From: an uncultured Lachnospiraceae bacterium | GTDB taxonomy: Bacteria > Bacillota > Clostridia > Lachnospirales > Lachnospiraceae | Length of the DNA stretch: 64,000 nt | Direction of reading: 5' to 3' | Assembly: GCA_946628415.1 (NCBI GenBank) | Contig: CAMOWK010000011.1 | Location: 9,927 to 73,926, forward strand | In this document: in pieces, positions 19,128 to 28,989 of the stretch | Layout of the letters: each line of letters opens with the position of its first letter | How positions within the stretch are numbered: position 1 is the first letter of the stretch | Made by a program: the position numbers and the translations under genes | Notes under the pieces: model-generated | What the model was told of the DNA's origin: nothing | What the model saw: only the letters and a program-made list of their open reading frames with translations | The model's database searches: none

Positions 19128-19982
19128 CTATTCATCCTTAAATTTAAGTTTATATGGGTAATGATTTTTTCTTTTATCTTCAGGTGGAAGTTGCATAAAA
19201 TCACCGAACATTTTATTCAGGTTATCTTCTATCCTGTTGGGGAACTTAAGATCAAGTCCCTCAAACTTAATGGTTTTCAGCGGATAAATATCATCATAAT
19301 CATAAATATTAAGATAAGCTGTTGTATCACAGAGAAAGTCAAACCTCTTTGCCCCGGCTTTCCCATTATACTGAACACTTACTCTGTGGCACATCTGATA
19401 AAGCCACTTTGAAGAGACATTTAATGTCTTAAGGAACCAGTGAATCATCCCACATACAGGCTGAACTATCTTTGCCTTTATTCCGCTAAACGGAAGGACA
19501 GGATGAGGAATGCTTCTTAGAATAAGGAGCTTGCTCCAGAAGAAAGCCTGAACTGCCTGCCTCCTGAACTTCTTTTCATCATCCGGAATCTGATCAAAAG
19601 GGTATAAATCAAGGAAGATTCCAAAAGGAAGATCAATATCCTTAAGCGGCCACTCGACAAACTCAGTCCCTTTCATCGTCCATCTTGTAGTCAGCAGTGG
19701 ATAATTCGGATAATTTTTCCCGTTCATAAGAAAATACTTGTCACCGTAATACTTATCCGCAAGCCGAAGGAATCTTTCATAATCCTTACGCGGCATAGCT
19801 ATATCAATATCATCATCCCACGGTATAAAACCACCGTGTCTTATAGCCCCGATTGCCGTTCCTCCAACGCCGAAATAAGTAATATTATTTTTTTCACAAA
19901 GATCGAGGAAATCTCTGAGTATTTCTAATTCTGCCTCATGTATTTTCCTGAGCGTTTCCTCATCATAACTTCTATCTGTCAT
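19128..19982 (-). CDS. LicD-family nucleotidyl/phosphotransferase
   Basis: GGTAIGAIRHGGFIPWDDDIDIAMPRKDYERF, IFLDLYPFD, FGDFMQLPPE. Confidence 0.93.
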   Translation of the reverse strand: MTDRSYDEETLRKIHEAELEILRDFLDLCEKNNITYFGVGGTAIGAIRHGGFIPWDDDIDIAMPRKDYERFLRLADKYYGDKYFLMNGKNYPNYPLLTTRWTMKGTEFVEWPLKDIDLPFGIFLDLYPFDQIPDDEKKFRRQAVQAFFWSKLLILRSIPHPVLPFSGIKAKIVQPVCGMIHWFLKTLNVSSKWLYQMCHRVSVQYNGKAGAKRFDFLCDTTAYLNIYDYDDIYPLKTIKFEGLDLKFPNRIEDNLNKMFGDFMQLPPEDKRKNHYPYKLKFKDE

Positions 19983-20010
19983 TTATACATCCTCACAAAT
20001 TGCTGTTAAG

Positions 20011-20796
20011 TCATAGTTTATTTGATTTTTCCGAATTACTATACAGATTGCAAAGCATCTTTGCAACAGCTTTAGGCCAGAATTTACTGTACATTTCAAA
20101 ATCCTCCTGCCACCTGCTGGTACTTTCAATTATTTCCGTAGTAGTCGATTCCTCATGTATTCTGTGCCCCATTAAAAGCATGTGCACATAGCAGAAACTG
20201 CCATCCTCTTTTGAGAGTTTTTCCCATGTTTTCCAGTCAAGATTACTGAGAAGCCCCTCATCAAAAAGCGGTTCGGTAATTCTATCCTTAACGTATGTAA
20301 CAGACGGACAGCATATTCCGTTTCCAAACATAATTGGAAACCGCTTACCAAATCCGGTTCCTCTTAGTCTTCTGTTACACATCGGAACAGATAGAAGCCT
20401 TTTTATGATTAAGTTAGTATTCACCCTGACTCTTTTATCATTTCTTATCTCATAATAATCGGTACAGCACATGATTGCATTTTTAACAGAATTAAGTTCT
20501 TTTATCACTGCTGCCGTATAGTATTTTTCGTATATATCATCCTGATGCGCTATAGTGACATATTTCGTATCAGCTCTGCCGAGTGCACTGTTCCAGTCTT
20601 TTGCTATATCCGGCTCGTGATCCGTCAAATAAACAGGAATTTCATACTTTTTTGCCAGATTTCTTATATACTCATTATCTGTCGAGGTAGATATATAAAC
20701 CTTGCTCTCTACACTCTGGTTCAAAACTGACTTTATACACTCTTCAAGATATGGACTCTCTTTATATGCACAAATTGCAAATGTATGGTCTGCCAT
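20011..20796 (-). CDS. GT2 glycosyltransferase
   Basis: FAICAYKESPYLEECIKS, IAHQDDIY, ICCPSVTY, HRIHEESTT. Confidence 0.85.
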   Translation of the reverse strand: MADHTFAICAYKESPYLEECIKSVLNQSVESKVYISTSTDNEYIRNLAKKYEIPVYLTDHEPDIAKDWNSALGRADTKYVTIAHQDDIYEKYYTAAVIKELNSVKNAIMCCTDYYEIRNDKRVRVNTNLIIKRLLSVPMCNRRLRGTGFGKRFPIMFGNGICCPSVTYVKDRITEPLFDEGLLSNLDWKTWEKLSKEDGSFCYVHMLLMGHRIHEESTTTEIIESTSRWQEDFEMYSKFWPKAVAKMLCNLYSNSEKSNKL

Positions 20797-20811
20797 AATA
20801 ACTCCATCCCA

Positions 20812-22026
20812 CTAATCCAGTTCCTTTTTAGCTGTATCCAGTGCAACTTCTATAACCTTATCCATGTCATAGTACTTGTACTCGCCGAGTCTGCCTCCGA
20901 ATATTACATTTTCCTCTGCATCGGCAAGCTTTTTATATTCAATATATAATCCCGAATTTTTTTCATCATTAACCGGATAATATGGTTCATCTCCCGGCTT
21001 CCACTCAGAACTGTACTCACGGCTTATAACAGTCTTTGGAAGTTCGTTTCCATCCTTATCCTTACCAAACTCAAACCATTTATGCTCTATTATCCTTGTA
21101 TACGGTGTTTCTGAATCTGTGTAATTAATAACAGCATTACCCTGATAATTAGGCATATCAAGAGTTTCAGTTTCAAATCTCACCGAGCGGTACTCGAGTG
21201 TGCCAAGTTTATAATCAAAATATGCATCGATAGGTCCCGTATACAGAACCTTATCGGCAAGTTCGGCGTAAGGCACGGTGGCACCGTCACTATTAATGCC
21301 ATTCTTCCTTACATCAAAGAAATCCGTACCAGTCACCACTTTAATATTCTCATGTGAGAACATATTCTCTATCAGTTTTGTATAACCCCCTACCGGTATA
21401 CCCTGGAAGAGAGCATTAAAGTAATTATTATCAAATGTAAGTCTTACAGGAAGTCTTTTAATGATAAAGCTTGGAAGTTCGGTACATTTGCGTCCCCACT
21501 GTTTTTCAGTATATCCCTTTACAAGCTTTTCATATATATTTTTGCCAACAAGAGTTATAGCCTGTTCTTCAAGATTCTCCGGCTCGTACTCTTCCGGTTT
21601 TATATCCCTTCCGGTCTTTTCTTTATATGCTTTTACAAAGCCAAGGATAGCTTCCTTCTTTTCCTCTTCTATCTTTTCTTTTGCCGCGTCAGGAGTTACG
21701 ACTCCCCACATTTTATTAAAGGTATACATATTGAAAGGAAGCGAATAAAGCTCACCCTTATAATTTGCAACAGGAGAATTTGTATATCTGTTAAAGTCAG
21801 CATACTTCTGCACAAATTCCCATACCTCTTTATTATTGGTATGGAAAATGTGGGCGCCGTACTTATGAACCTCTATGCCTTCAACATTTTCCGTATAGAT
21901 ATTTCCTGCTATATGATCTCTTTTTTCAATGACAAGACACTTAAGCCCTTTTTCAGCCGCTTTTCTGGCAAAAACTGCGCCGTAAAGCCCGGCACCTACT
22001 ATAAGATAATCGTACTTTTTTGACAT
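20812..22026 (-). CDS. glf: UDP-galactopyranose mutase
   Basis: YDYLIVGAGLYG, HKYGAHIFHT, GYTEKQWG, TRIIEHKWF, EPYYPVN, GRLGEYKYYDMD. Confidence 0.96.
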   Translation of the reverse strand: MSKKYDYLIVGAGLYGAVFARKAAEKGLKCLVIEKRDHIAGNIYTENVEGIEVHKYGAHIFHTNNKEVWEFVQKYADFNRYTNSPVANYKGELYSLPFNMYTFNKMWGVVTPDAAKEKIEEEKKEAILGFVKAYKEKTGRDIKPEEYEPENLEEQAITLVGKNIYEKLVKGYTEKQWGRKCTELPSFIIKRLPVRLTFDNNYFNALFQGIPVGGYTKLIENMFSHENIKVVTGTDFFDVRKNGINSDGATVPYAELADKVLYTGPIDAYFDYKLGTLEYRSVRFETETLDMPNYQGNAVINYTDSETPYTRIIEHKWFEFGKDKDGNELPKTVISREYSSEWKPGDEPYYPVNDEKNSGLYIEYKKLADAEENVIFGGRLGEYKYYDMDKVIEVALDTAKKELD

Positions 22027-22110
22027 ACTAATTCCCCTGTTTAATATTTTTCAATTACTCTTTAGTCTATATCATATTTTTTAACAACTATTTAAACCGT
22101 AAAAATCATT

Positions 22111-24156
22111 TTACGGGAATGGACGTGTTGCTCCATAAATATATGGATGCGGTCCACCTGCTACACTGTATTTGTCAGTTACCCTTGGTGGCCATGACTC
22201 TATAACTCTTCCGTTTCCAAGGTAGATTGCAACATGAATGATAATGTTACCTCTTGCACTTCTGTAATATATAAGATCTCCTCTTCTGCGATTGTTATAG
22301 CTGACATGCTGCATAGGAGTCTGATTGAAAAGTGTACGTGAATCATACTCATTCTGCGGAAGCGCATGATGTGCCGGAGTAGCAGGATATGGATTGAAGC
22401 CACCCGCATACAGGCACTGCATTACGAGGCCGCTGCAGTCAGCCGCGCCACCGGGCTGAGTAGATTTACATATTCTGTACTGTGTCCCCATGTAATCATA
22501 TGCACGGGATATCATAGCTTCAATGCGTTCCTCTCTCGAATTGAGATTACCTGTCTTCATAGGGCTTACATAGTATCCCGGAATTGAAACAAGTGTCGGT
22601 GCATTTGTCTGAACCGTATAGATATTCCCCTTACCGTCGTATCTGTACCATGTACCCTTATACTTTAACCATCCATTCTTGTAATTCGGCTTATATAAGT
22701 CATTTGAAAGAGCCTTCTTTTCGTTATAAAGATTATTATCGTAAGAAGCCTTTCCCATTCTTCCTTCTTTAAGACCATACTTTACAAAGTGATTAAGAAC
22801 TGCATCTTCATCTGTTCCAAAAGCATTCTTTATATCACCATATTTTGTAACGTAGAAGTTGTAATCAAAGAGTGCTGCATAATCACCAAGTATATGCTTT
22901 GTCTCATAACCCCTCATTGAAGTTACGCCGCTTGTGACTCTGCCTTCACGGGCACCATACTGGATGTAATGCATATAGTATTTAGGATAATCAGTCTTAA
23001 ATGCATTTCTAAGATCTTTATATGCATAGATGTATGATACAACATCAAACTTTGCATTACCCTTTCTCTGCTGCTTCATACCCTGATTTATAAAATGATC
23101 GAGAGCACTTATATCATTGCATGCATACTGATTGGCAATATCTTTATTATTTGCTATGTAATAATTAAAATCATAAACCTTACTGTAATCAACTCCATCT
23201 TTAGAAGTTACAGGATCTTTTATTGATTTACAGCCACTGGTTCTGCGTCCCTCTTTCTTGCCGTATTTAATATAATGCTCATAATACTTTTTATACTCAG
23301 TACCAAATGCCTTGCGGAGATCCTTATACTCCATAGCATACGAACTCACATCAAAAGTTGAGTTTCCTCTTCTTCTCTCATTCATTCCATACTTTACGAA
23401 ATGTTCAATAAGTCCGTAATCGTTATAAGTTCCGATAACCTTGCGAAGATCAGCATAATGACTTACATAATATTCGTAATCATAAACATCTTTATAATTA
23501 AGACCATTGTATGAAGTAGTAGGACGGATCAGATTTGCTTCTCCAACTGTCTTTCTGCCTTCCTTTTTTCCGTATTTAAGATAATGCTCATAGTACTTTT
23601 CATTATTATTTCTAAATGCATTTCTTAGGTCGGGATATGACTTCATATAAGAATAAACATTGAAGTTTTCACTTGCAATTCTGCCTTCTTTCATTCCGTA
23701 TGTAATAAAATGGCGAAGAGTTTTTTCCTGATCATCTCCAAATGCTTTTTTCAGATCTGCATACTTATTTATGTAGTAGTAATAATCATAAACATCACTG
23801 TAATCTACACCATTATAAACACTTAGTCCCGGTGCAGGTTTTGCAGCAGTTTCATCCTTTAAAACAGGTTCCTGAACAGGCTCAGATATTGAAATAGTCT
23901 TTGTATTTTTTTCATAAACTATTCCCTCTCCAATTGCTTTAGCCTTTTCTTCCGGCTTTACCTCTTTACTCGCGGTTTCATCAGAAGCCGCTGCATCTTC
24001 CGCCTTGGCATCTGTAGACGATGCTTCATCCAGAAGAACAGTTTCTTCAGTAATATCAGTATTCTCTGCAGCATAAGCCGGACTGCCACATAAAAGAGCC
24101 ACTGAAAAAACTGCGCCAAAACATGACATAACAAGTTTCTTACTAAGATTTTTCAT
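22111..24156 (-). CDS. Secreted NlpC/P60 peptidoglycan endopeptidase with seven 'HY..YG.KEGR' repeats
   Basis: RBS AAGGAGG and signal peptide at MKNLSKK (24156). C-terminal YMGTQY..ADCSGLVMQC..GDLIYY..HVAIYLGNGRVIES. One GW..Y.GTWYRYD choline-binding-like unit. Confidence 0.9.
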   Translation of the reverse strand: MKNLSKKLVMSCFGAVFSVALLCGSPAYAAENTDITEETVLLDEASSTDAKAEDAAASDETASKEVKPEEKAKAIGEGIVYEKNTKTISISEPVQEPVLKDETAAKPAPGLSVYNGVDYSDVYDYYYYINKYADLKKAFGDDQEKTLRHFITYGMKEGRIASENFNVYSYMKSYPDLRNAFRNNNEKYYEHYLKYGKKEGRKTVGEANLIRPTTSYNGLNYKDVYDYEYYVSHYADLRKVIGTYNDYGLIEHFVKYGMNERRRGNSTFDVSSYAMEYKDLRKAFGTEYKKYYEHYIKYGKKEGRRTSGCKSIKDPVTSKDGVDYSKVYDFNYYIANNKDIANQYACNDISALDHFINQGMKQQRKGNAKFDVVSYIYAYKDLRNAFKTDYPKYYMHYIQYGAREGRVTSGVTSMRGYETKHILGDYAALFDYNFYVTKYGDIKNAFGTDEDAVLNHFVKYGLKEGRMGKASYDNNLYNEKKALSNDLYKPNYKNGWLKYKGTWYRYDGKGNIYTVQTNAPTLVSIPGYYVSPMKTGNLNSREERIEAMISRAYDYMGTQYRICKSTQPGGAADCSGLVMQCLYAGGFNPYPATPAHHALPQNEYDSRTLFNQTPMQHVSYNNRRRGDLIYYRSARGNIIIHVAIYLGNGRVIESWPPRVTDKYSVAGGPHPYIYGATRPFP
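22759..23790 (-). repeat. Seven protein-level repeats of the same family as in 14618-16156, alternating A/B types
   Basis: Units YDYYYY..Y.DL...HF..YGMKEGR alternate with F(D/N)V.SY..Y.DL...YYEHY..YG.KEGR. Confidence 0.85.
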
Positions 24157-24199
24157 TTTCTCCTCCTTAACTAGTATTTTTCTTAGCTTTATCTTACAA

Positions 24200-24760
24200 T
24201 CAACCTTGCAGGTTGTCGTTATCACTACCGGTATATGCATACCATATATATTTCTGTTTTTCTTTTTCGGAATACTCCACTTTTATATCAAGGTCATTTA
24301 TGGAAGCTCTTTCATATCCATTTTTATCATAGAACCTTATAGCGCGTTCATTATCCGGCTCAACACACCAGTATATAAGCTTGAGTCCCAGATCTCCTGT
24401 TGCAAGCCTCAGCATTTCTTTCATCGCATAGGCTGCGAATCCTTTGCCGATAGCTTCCGATCTGAGCGTTATTCCAAACTCGGCATTGCCAAGATGTCTG
24501 TCAATCTCTTTCAGGCTGACAGTTCCCATATACTTATCACCTTCTCCGGCAATGGCAAGATGAACTGCCCCTCCTATATTAACACCAATATTGCTTTTAA
24601 TCAGCCCCGATGCTATCCGGCTCATTTCAATAAACCTAACACAGTCATCAAGCGTCATTGTCTTAAAATCCTTTTTAAGATTTCCGACAACTGTCTCATC
24701 ATGCATCCATTCAAGCATAAGCGGTGCATCTTCCGTCTTAAGTTCCCTAAGCTTCATCAC
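24200..24760 (-). CDS. GNAT (RimJ/RimL/PseH-like) N-acetyltransferase
   Basis: LRELKTEDAPLMLEWM, AEFGITL..EAIGKGFA, NERAIRFYDKNG. Confidence 0.85.
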   Translation of the reverse strand: MMKLRELKTEDAPLMLEWMHDETVVGNLKKDFKTMTLDDCVRFIEMSRIASGLIKSNIGVNIGGAVHLAIAGEGDKYMGTVSLKEIDRHLGNAEFGITLRSEAIGKGFAAYAMKEMLRLATGDLGLKLIYWCVEPDNERAIRFYDKNGYERASINDLDIKVEYSEKEKQKYIWYAYTGSDNDNLQG

Positions 24761-25190
24761 TTTTCCCCGCTCTTTTTTTAAAAACGAAAATTTTACTTAT
24801 CACATAGTTGCCTACAGTAACAATAACCTGGACAACCAGCTTGGCTATCTTATCATTTACTCCCATAACAGTAACGAGTAAAAACATGGTTCCCATGTCC
24901 ATAAGAAGAGTGCCCACTCTTCCAAGCACAAACTCTATAAATTCCTTCCATCTGTCATTTCTTTCACTTTTAAAAACAAATGACCTGTTAATGAAATACG
25001 CAAACACCACTGCGCCTATCCACGATAAGACATTTGCTGCCTGCAGGAGAAACGGGTTGTCAGGATTTAGAACCGTAAATGTAAGGCCGTAATATATAGC
25101 AAGGGATACAATCGTGGTAAGCACTCCTGCTATGAGATAGTTCACTATCTCCTGATATTTTAAATACATATTCTTAATAGCGGTTACCAT
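24747..25190 (-). CDS. GtrA-family small flippase
   Basis: YLIAGVLTTIVS, ANVLSWI.AVVFAYFINRSFVF, KLVVQVIVTVGNYVISKIFVF; 4 TM. Start trimmed to ATG 25190. Confidence 0.9.
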   Translation of the reverse strand: MVTAIKNMYLKYQEIVNYLIAGVLTTIVSLAIYYGLTFTVLNPDNPFLLQAANVLSWIGAVVFAYFINRSFVFKSERNDRWKEFIEFVLGRVGTLLMDMGTMFLLVTVMGVNDKIAKLVVQVIVTVGNYVISKIFVFKKRAGKSDEA

Positions 25191-26871
25191 AGTATATATC
25201 ACCATCCTGAAGAAGCTTGCCCCATCTGTCACTGAACAGCTTCTTATCAGCCTCCTGAATAGTCTTATAATCATCCGGCGGAGTTAGCCTCCTGCTGTAC
25301 TTACATATCGATCTTCCTGCATATACGGATTTAAGGCCTGCGTCCCTCATCCTTAGGCAAAGATCTTCTATAAGAGTTTCGATAGTCTTATAGCCTTTTC
25401 CAAAACCGCCTGCCGCTTTTAAACTATCCTTTGTAAGCATAACACAGCCTTCCCTGAGTGCCATGTAATCAATGTACTGGTTATATTCCTCATCATAGTC
25501 CTCATGCATAAGGTATTCAGAGCCTAATATCTCATCCTTTCGATAGATGATTCCTGCATGTCTGGTTCTGTACATAGGAAGTGCAAACTGAGTAGCAGTG
25601 ATTCCGACATCCGGTCTTGCATTAAGTATACTCATCATATCACGTAATGCAAATGAACTGTAAATACATACATTGCAGGATACTATAAGTATATATTTGG
25701 TATTTATCCTTGCAATCTGATCGCTCAGTGCTTCTCCGAGTCCGTTTTTACCTCTGCTGAGAGGATTAACCGGAATGAACGATATATCGGACATTCCCTC
25801 CGATTTTTTAATCGACTCAAGGCACTTCTTTAATCCATTTTCAAATCCATCGGTAATCACAAGAACCGTAAGCGCCGCATCCCTGCCGCTTGGCATAGGA
25901 TACTGGGTTATGTAGTGTCCGAAAAGCCTGTCATCCTGACTGACTATAGCTTTAATTCCAAGGCGGTCATAATGCGCCTGAACTGCCTTAACTCCGGCAT
26001 CATATGCGTACATCTTCGCTTCCACATTTCCGGCTGTGGATGTGGCATTTACTCTCCAGCTGTAAAGAATCTTCGGTATATGATGAATCTTAAATGCATT
26101 TTCCGTACATCTGAAAATAAAATCATAATCCTGCGCACCGTTATATTCATCGTTAAAAAGTCCTGCCGTTTCAACAAGTGACTTTTTTACAACAAACATA
26201 TGCGTTATATAGTTACAGCTCTGAAGAAGATCCGGATTAAAATCCGGTTTTATGCTCGGTTCAAAATGCCTCACTCCGCCTTCATCGGTCTTGTCCTCGT
26301 CCGAATAAAGAACATCTATTTCAGGATCTTCATTTATTGCTTTTACACACTCGTAAAATGCATTTGGCATAAAGAGGTCATCATGATCTCCGAGCACTAT
26401 ATAATCACCCGTGGCGAGCGTATATGCCTGATTGGTGTTTGAAGATATCCCGAGTGTCTTATCACCTTCACCAATGTAGAGAATCCTGTCATCATCCTTC
26501 TGATATTCAGCTATGGCGTTTCTGAGTCTTTCTTTATCTTTACTGCCGTCTGAAAAACAAAGCTGCCAGTTACTGTAAGTCTGATCCTTAACCGACTTTA
26601 TCAGTTCATCCAGAAAAGTCAGGTCTGTTTCATAAAGTGGCACCAGAACACTCAGTAAAGGTTTGTAGGAAAAATTCTTATTTCTCTGCCTTTCCAGTTC
26701 ATCCTCTTTGGGTGATACTCTTTCAAAATACTCCTCATAAGCCCGGTCTCTCGGAAGAAGAAAACGCTTGTGAATTGCAAAATATCTGATTGTTGTACTT
26801 ACGGTTTCTTTAAGCCCGTACTGTCTAAAGAAACTCCATACTCTTTTTAACTTGTTAGTTACTTTTGTCAT
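25174..26871 (-). CDS. GT2 glycosyltransferase with a second, degenerate GT2-like domain
   Basis: SVLVPLYET, LGDHDD, YSDEDK, GAQDYDF, HIPKILYSWR; the C-terminal half lacks a clear DxD. Confidence 0.85.
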   Translation of the reverse strand: MTKVTNKLKRVWSFFRQYGLKETVSTTIRYFAIHKRFLLPRDRAYEEYFERVSPKEDELERQRNKNFSYKPLLSVLVPLYETDLTFLDELIKSVKDQTYSNWQLCFSDGSKDKERLRNAIAEYQKDDDRILYIGEGDKTLGISSNTNQAYTLATGDYIVLGDHDDLFMPNAFYECVKAINEDPEIDVLYSDEDKTDEGGVRHFEPSIKPDFNPDLLQSCNYITHMFVVKKSLVETAGLFNDEYNGAQDYDFIFRCTENAFKIHHIPKILYSWRVNATSTAGNVEAKMYAYDAGVKAVQAHYDRLGIKAIVSQDDRLFGHYITQYPMPSGRDAALTVLVITDGFENGLKKCLESIKKSEGMSDISFIPVNPLSRGKNGLGEALSDQIARINTKYILIVSCNVCIYSSFALRDMMSILNARPDVGITATQFALPMYRTRHAGIIYRKDEILGSEYLMHEDYDEEYNQYIDYMALREGCVMLTKDSLKAAGGFGKGYKTIETLIEDLCLRMRDAGLKSVYAGRSICKYSRRLTPPDDYKTIQEADKKLFSDRWGKLLQDGDIYYGNRY

Positions 26872-26963
26872 TATAAGTCCAAATCTTAATTACTATCTAT
26901 AAGCGGTATTAAATGAATACCGGTTATCCTGTCTATAATAATTACAGTTCATACCCGCACTCA

Positions 26964-27833
26964 TTACAGCCCGTTAGCTACATCAACGAGATATTCACCG
27001 TAATGTGTCTTCATAAGAGGTTCAGCAAGTTTAAGAAGCTGCTCTCTGTCTATAAAGCCTCTCTTATAAGCTATCTCTTCAATACATGAAATGTAAAGTC
27101 CCTGTCTCTTCTGGAAAGCTGCCACAAAGTCAGCAGCATCAAGGAGCATGTCATGGTTGCCCGTATCAAGCCATGCGAAGCCACGGCCTAAGGTTTCAAC
27201 CATAAGGTCTCCTCTTTCAAGATACACATTGTTTACAGATGTGATCTCTATCTCGCCTCTTGCGGAAGGTTTAACATTCTTTGCAATCTCAACCACATCA
27301 TTGTCATAAAAGTAAAGCCCCGGAACAGCGTAATTTGACTTCGGTTTTTCAGGCTTTTCCTCGATTGATATAGCCTTTCCGGACTCATCAAATTCAACAA
27401 CTCCGTACTCCCTTGGATCTCTTACATAATACCCAAAGATTGTTGCGCCCTTTTCTCTGCCGGCAGCACGTTTTAAGACTGCCGAAAAGCTCTGACCATA
27501 GAAAATATTATCACCAAGCACAAGCGCAACACTGTCATTTCCTATAAACTCCTCGCCTATAATGAATGCATCAGCGAGGCCTCTCGGACTTTCCTGAATC
27601 GCATACTGAAAATTCATTCCAAGCTGCTCACCTGTTCCAAAAAGCTCCTTGAAACACGGAAGGTCACGTGGGGTTGAAATAATAAGAATATCTCTTATCC
27701 CCGCAAGCATCAGTGTAGAAAGCGGATAATATATCATCGGTTTATCATAAACCGGCATTATCTGTTTGGATACCGCCTTAGTAAGCGGATAAAGTCTTGT
27801 ACCGGAACCACCGGCGAGTATTATACCTTTCAT
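26964..27833 (-). CDS. rfbA: Glucose-1-phosphate thymidylyltransferase
   Basis: [56 protein letters not shown]. Confidence 0.97.
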   Translation of the reverse strand: MKGIILAGGSGTRLYPLTKAVSKQIMPVYDKPMIYYPLSTLMLAGIRDILIISTPRDLPCFKELFGTGEQLGMNFQYAIQESPRGLADAFIIGEEFIGNDSVALVLGDNIFYGQSFSAVLKRAAGREKGATIFGYYVRDPREYGVVEFDESGKAISIEEKPEKPKSNYAVPGLYFYDNDVVEIAKNVKPSARGEIEITSVNNVYLERGDLMVETLGRGFAWLDTGNHDMLLDAADFVAAFQKRQGLYISCIEEIAYKRGFIDREQLLKLAEPLMKTHYGEYLVDVANGL

Positions 27834-27849
27834 AAATGTGCCCTCCCTT

Positions 27850-28971
27850 TTACAGAGTATTCAGATATTCCATAAAATTACGTTTGTTTTCAATTGCTGT
27901 TGTCGTCGGGCGGCCAAGATCATCTCTCGCACCAATCCCGCATTTCACTTCAATAAAGCTTAATTCTTTTTTATTCTTAGCACCAAGAAGTGCATCATCT
28001 AATTCTTCATAAGAATTAACGGAAACCACATTCGGATATCCACATGCTTTTGCAATACCGACAATATCTATCTTACCTGCAACCGTCGGCATTCCACCAA
28101 CTGTTTCATGTGCGCCGTTATTGATCACTATATGTATCAGATTATCCGGTTTTTCAGCACCTATAACAGCTAATGCACCCATATGCATAAGAGCCGCTCC
28201 GTCACCGTCTATACACCAGATTCTTTGATCTTTTTTGTTAGATGCTACACCTAATGCTATGGAAGAAGAATGTCCCATTGACCCAACGGTAAGAAAATCA
28301 TATTTATGGCTCTGCCCATTTGCCTCTCTTATCTCAAAAAGCTCTCTGCTGGCTTTACCCGTTGTGGATATGATCGGGTCTTCACCTGATACCTTTACTA
28401 TATGCTTTATAATCTCTTCCCGGAGCATACTGTTATCATTTGAATAATCCACCTTGGGAGCATCTGAAAGAGCACCTTTTCTGATTACAAAAGCCACATC
28501 TCTGCCTTTACCAAGAACATCCCTAAATCCGTCCATAACATTTTGGACTTCTTCATCAGATGTATCGCTTCCTATTACGAATGTTTCAATCCCCATATCC
28601 TGAAGGAGCTTAACAGTCACTTCACCCTGGTATATGTGCTGAGGCTCGTCATGAATTCCTGGCTCACCTCTCCACCCTATAATAAAGATGACCGGTATAG
28701 CATATACTTTGTCATTCAGTAAGCTTGCAACAGGATTTATAATGTTTCCTTCACCGGAGTTCTGCATATAAACAACAGGAACCTTTCCGGTTGCAAGATG
28801 ATATCCTGCGGCTATTCCTACAGAATTACCTTCATTTGCCGCAATCACATGATGCTCTGCATCTATTCCATATGTCGCCATAAGATAATTGCAAAGTGCC
28901 TTAAGCTGCGAATCAGGGACTCCGGTGTAAAAATCCGAATCTATAATACTGACCAGTTTATCAACTCTCAT
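27850..28971 (-). CDS. aepY: Phosphonopyruvate decarboxylase
   Basis: [49 protein letters not shown], ThDP motif DGDGAALM. Confidence 0.95.
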   Translation of the reverse strand: MRVDKLVSIIDSDFYTGVPDSQLKALCNYLMATYGIDAEHHVIAANEGNSVGIAAGYHLATGKVPVVYMQNSGEGNIINPVASLLNDKVYAIPVIFIIGWRGEPGIHDEPQHIYQGEVTVKLLQDMGIETFVIGSDTSDEEVQNVMDGFRDVLGKGRDVAFVIRKGALSDAPKVDYSNDNSMLREEIIKHIVKVSGEDPIISTTGKASRELFEIREANGQSHKYDFLTVGSMGHSSSIALGVASNKKDQRIWCIDGDGAALMHMGALAVIGAEKPDNLIHIVINNGAHETVGGMPTVAGKIDIVGIAKACGYPNVVSVNSYEELDDALLGAKNKKELSFIEVKCGIGARDDLGRPTTTAIENKRNFMEYLNTL

Positions 28972-28989
28972 TAAAAGCTCCTCCGTCCC

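Noticed and set aside
20812-22026. Short insertion (AILGFVKAYKEKTGRDIKPEEY) in Glf
   Set aside because: Lies in a region I recall as variable; all catalytic motifs are intact, so there is no evidence of altered function
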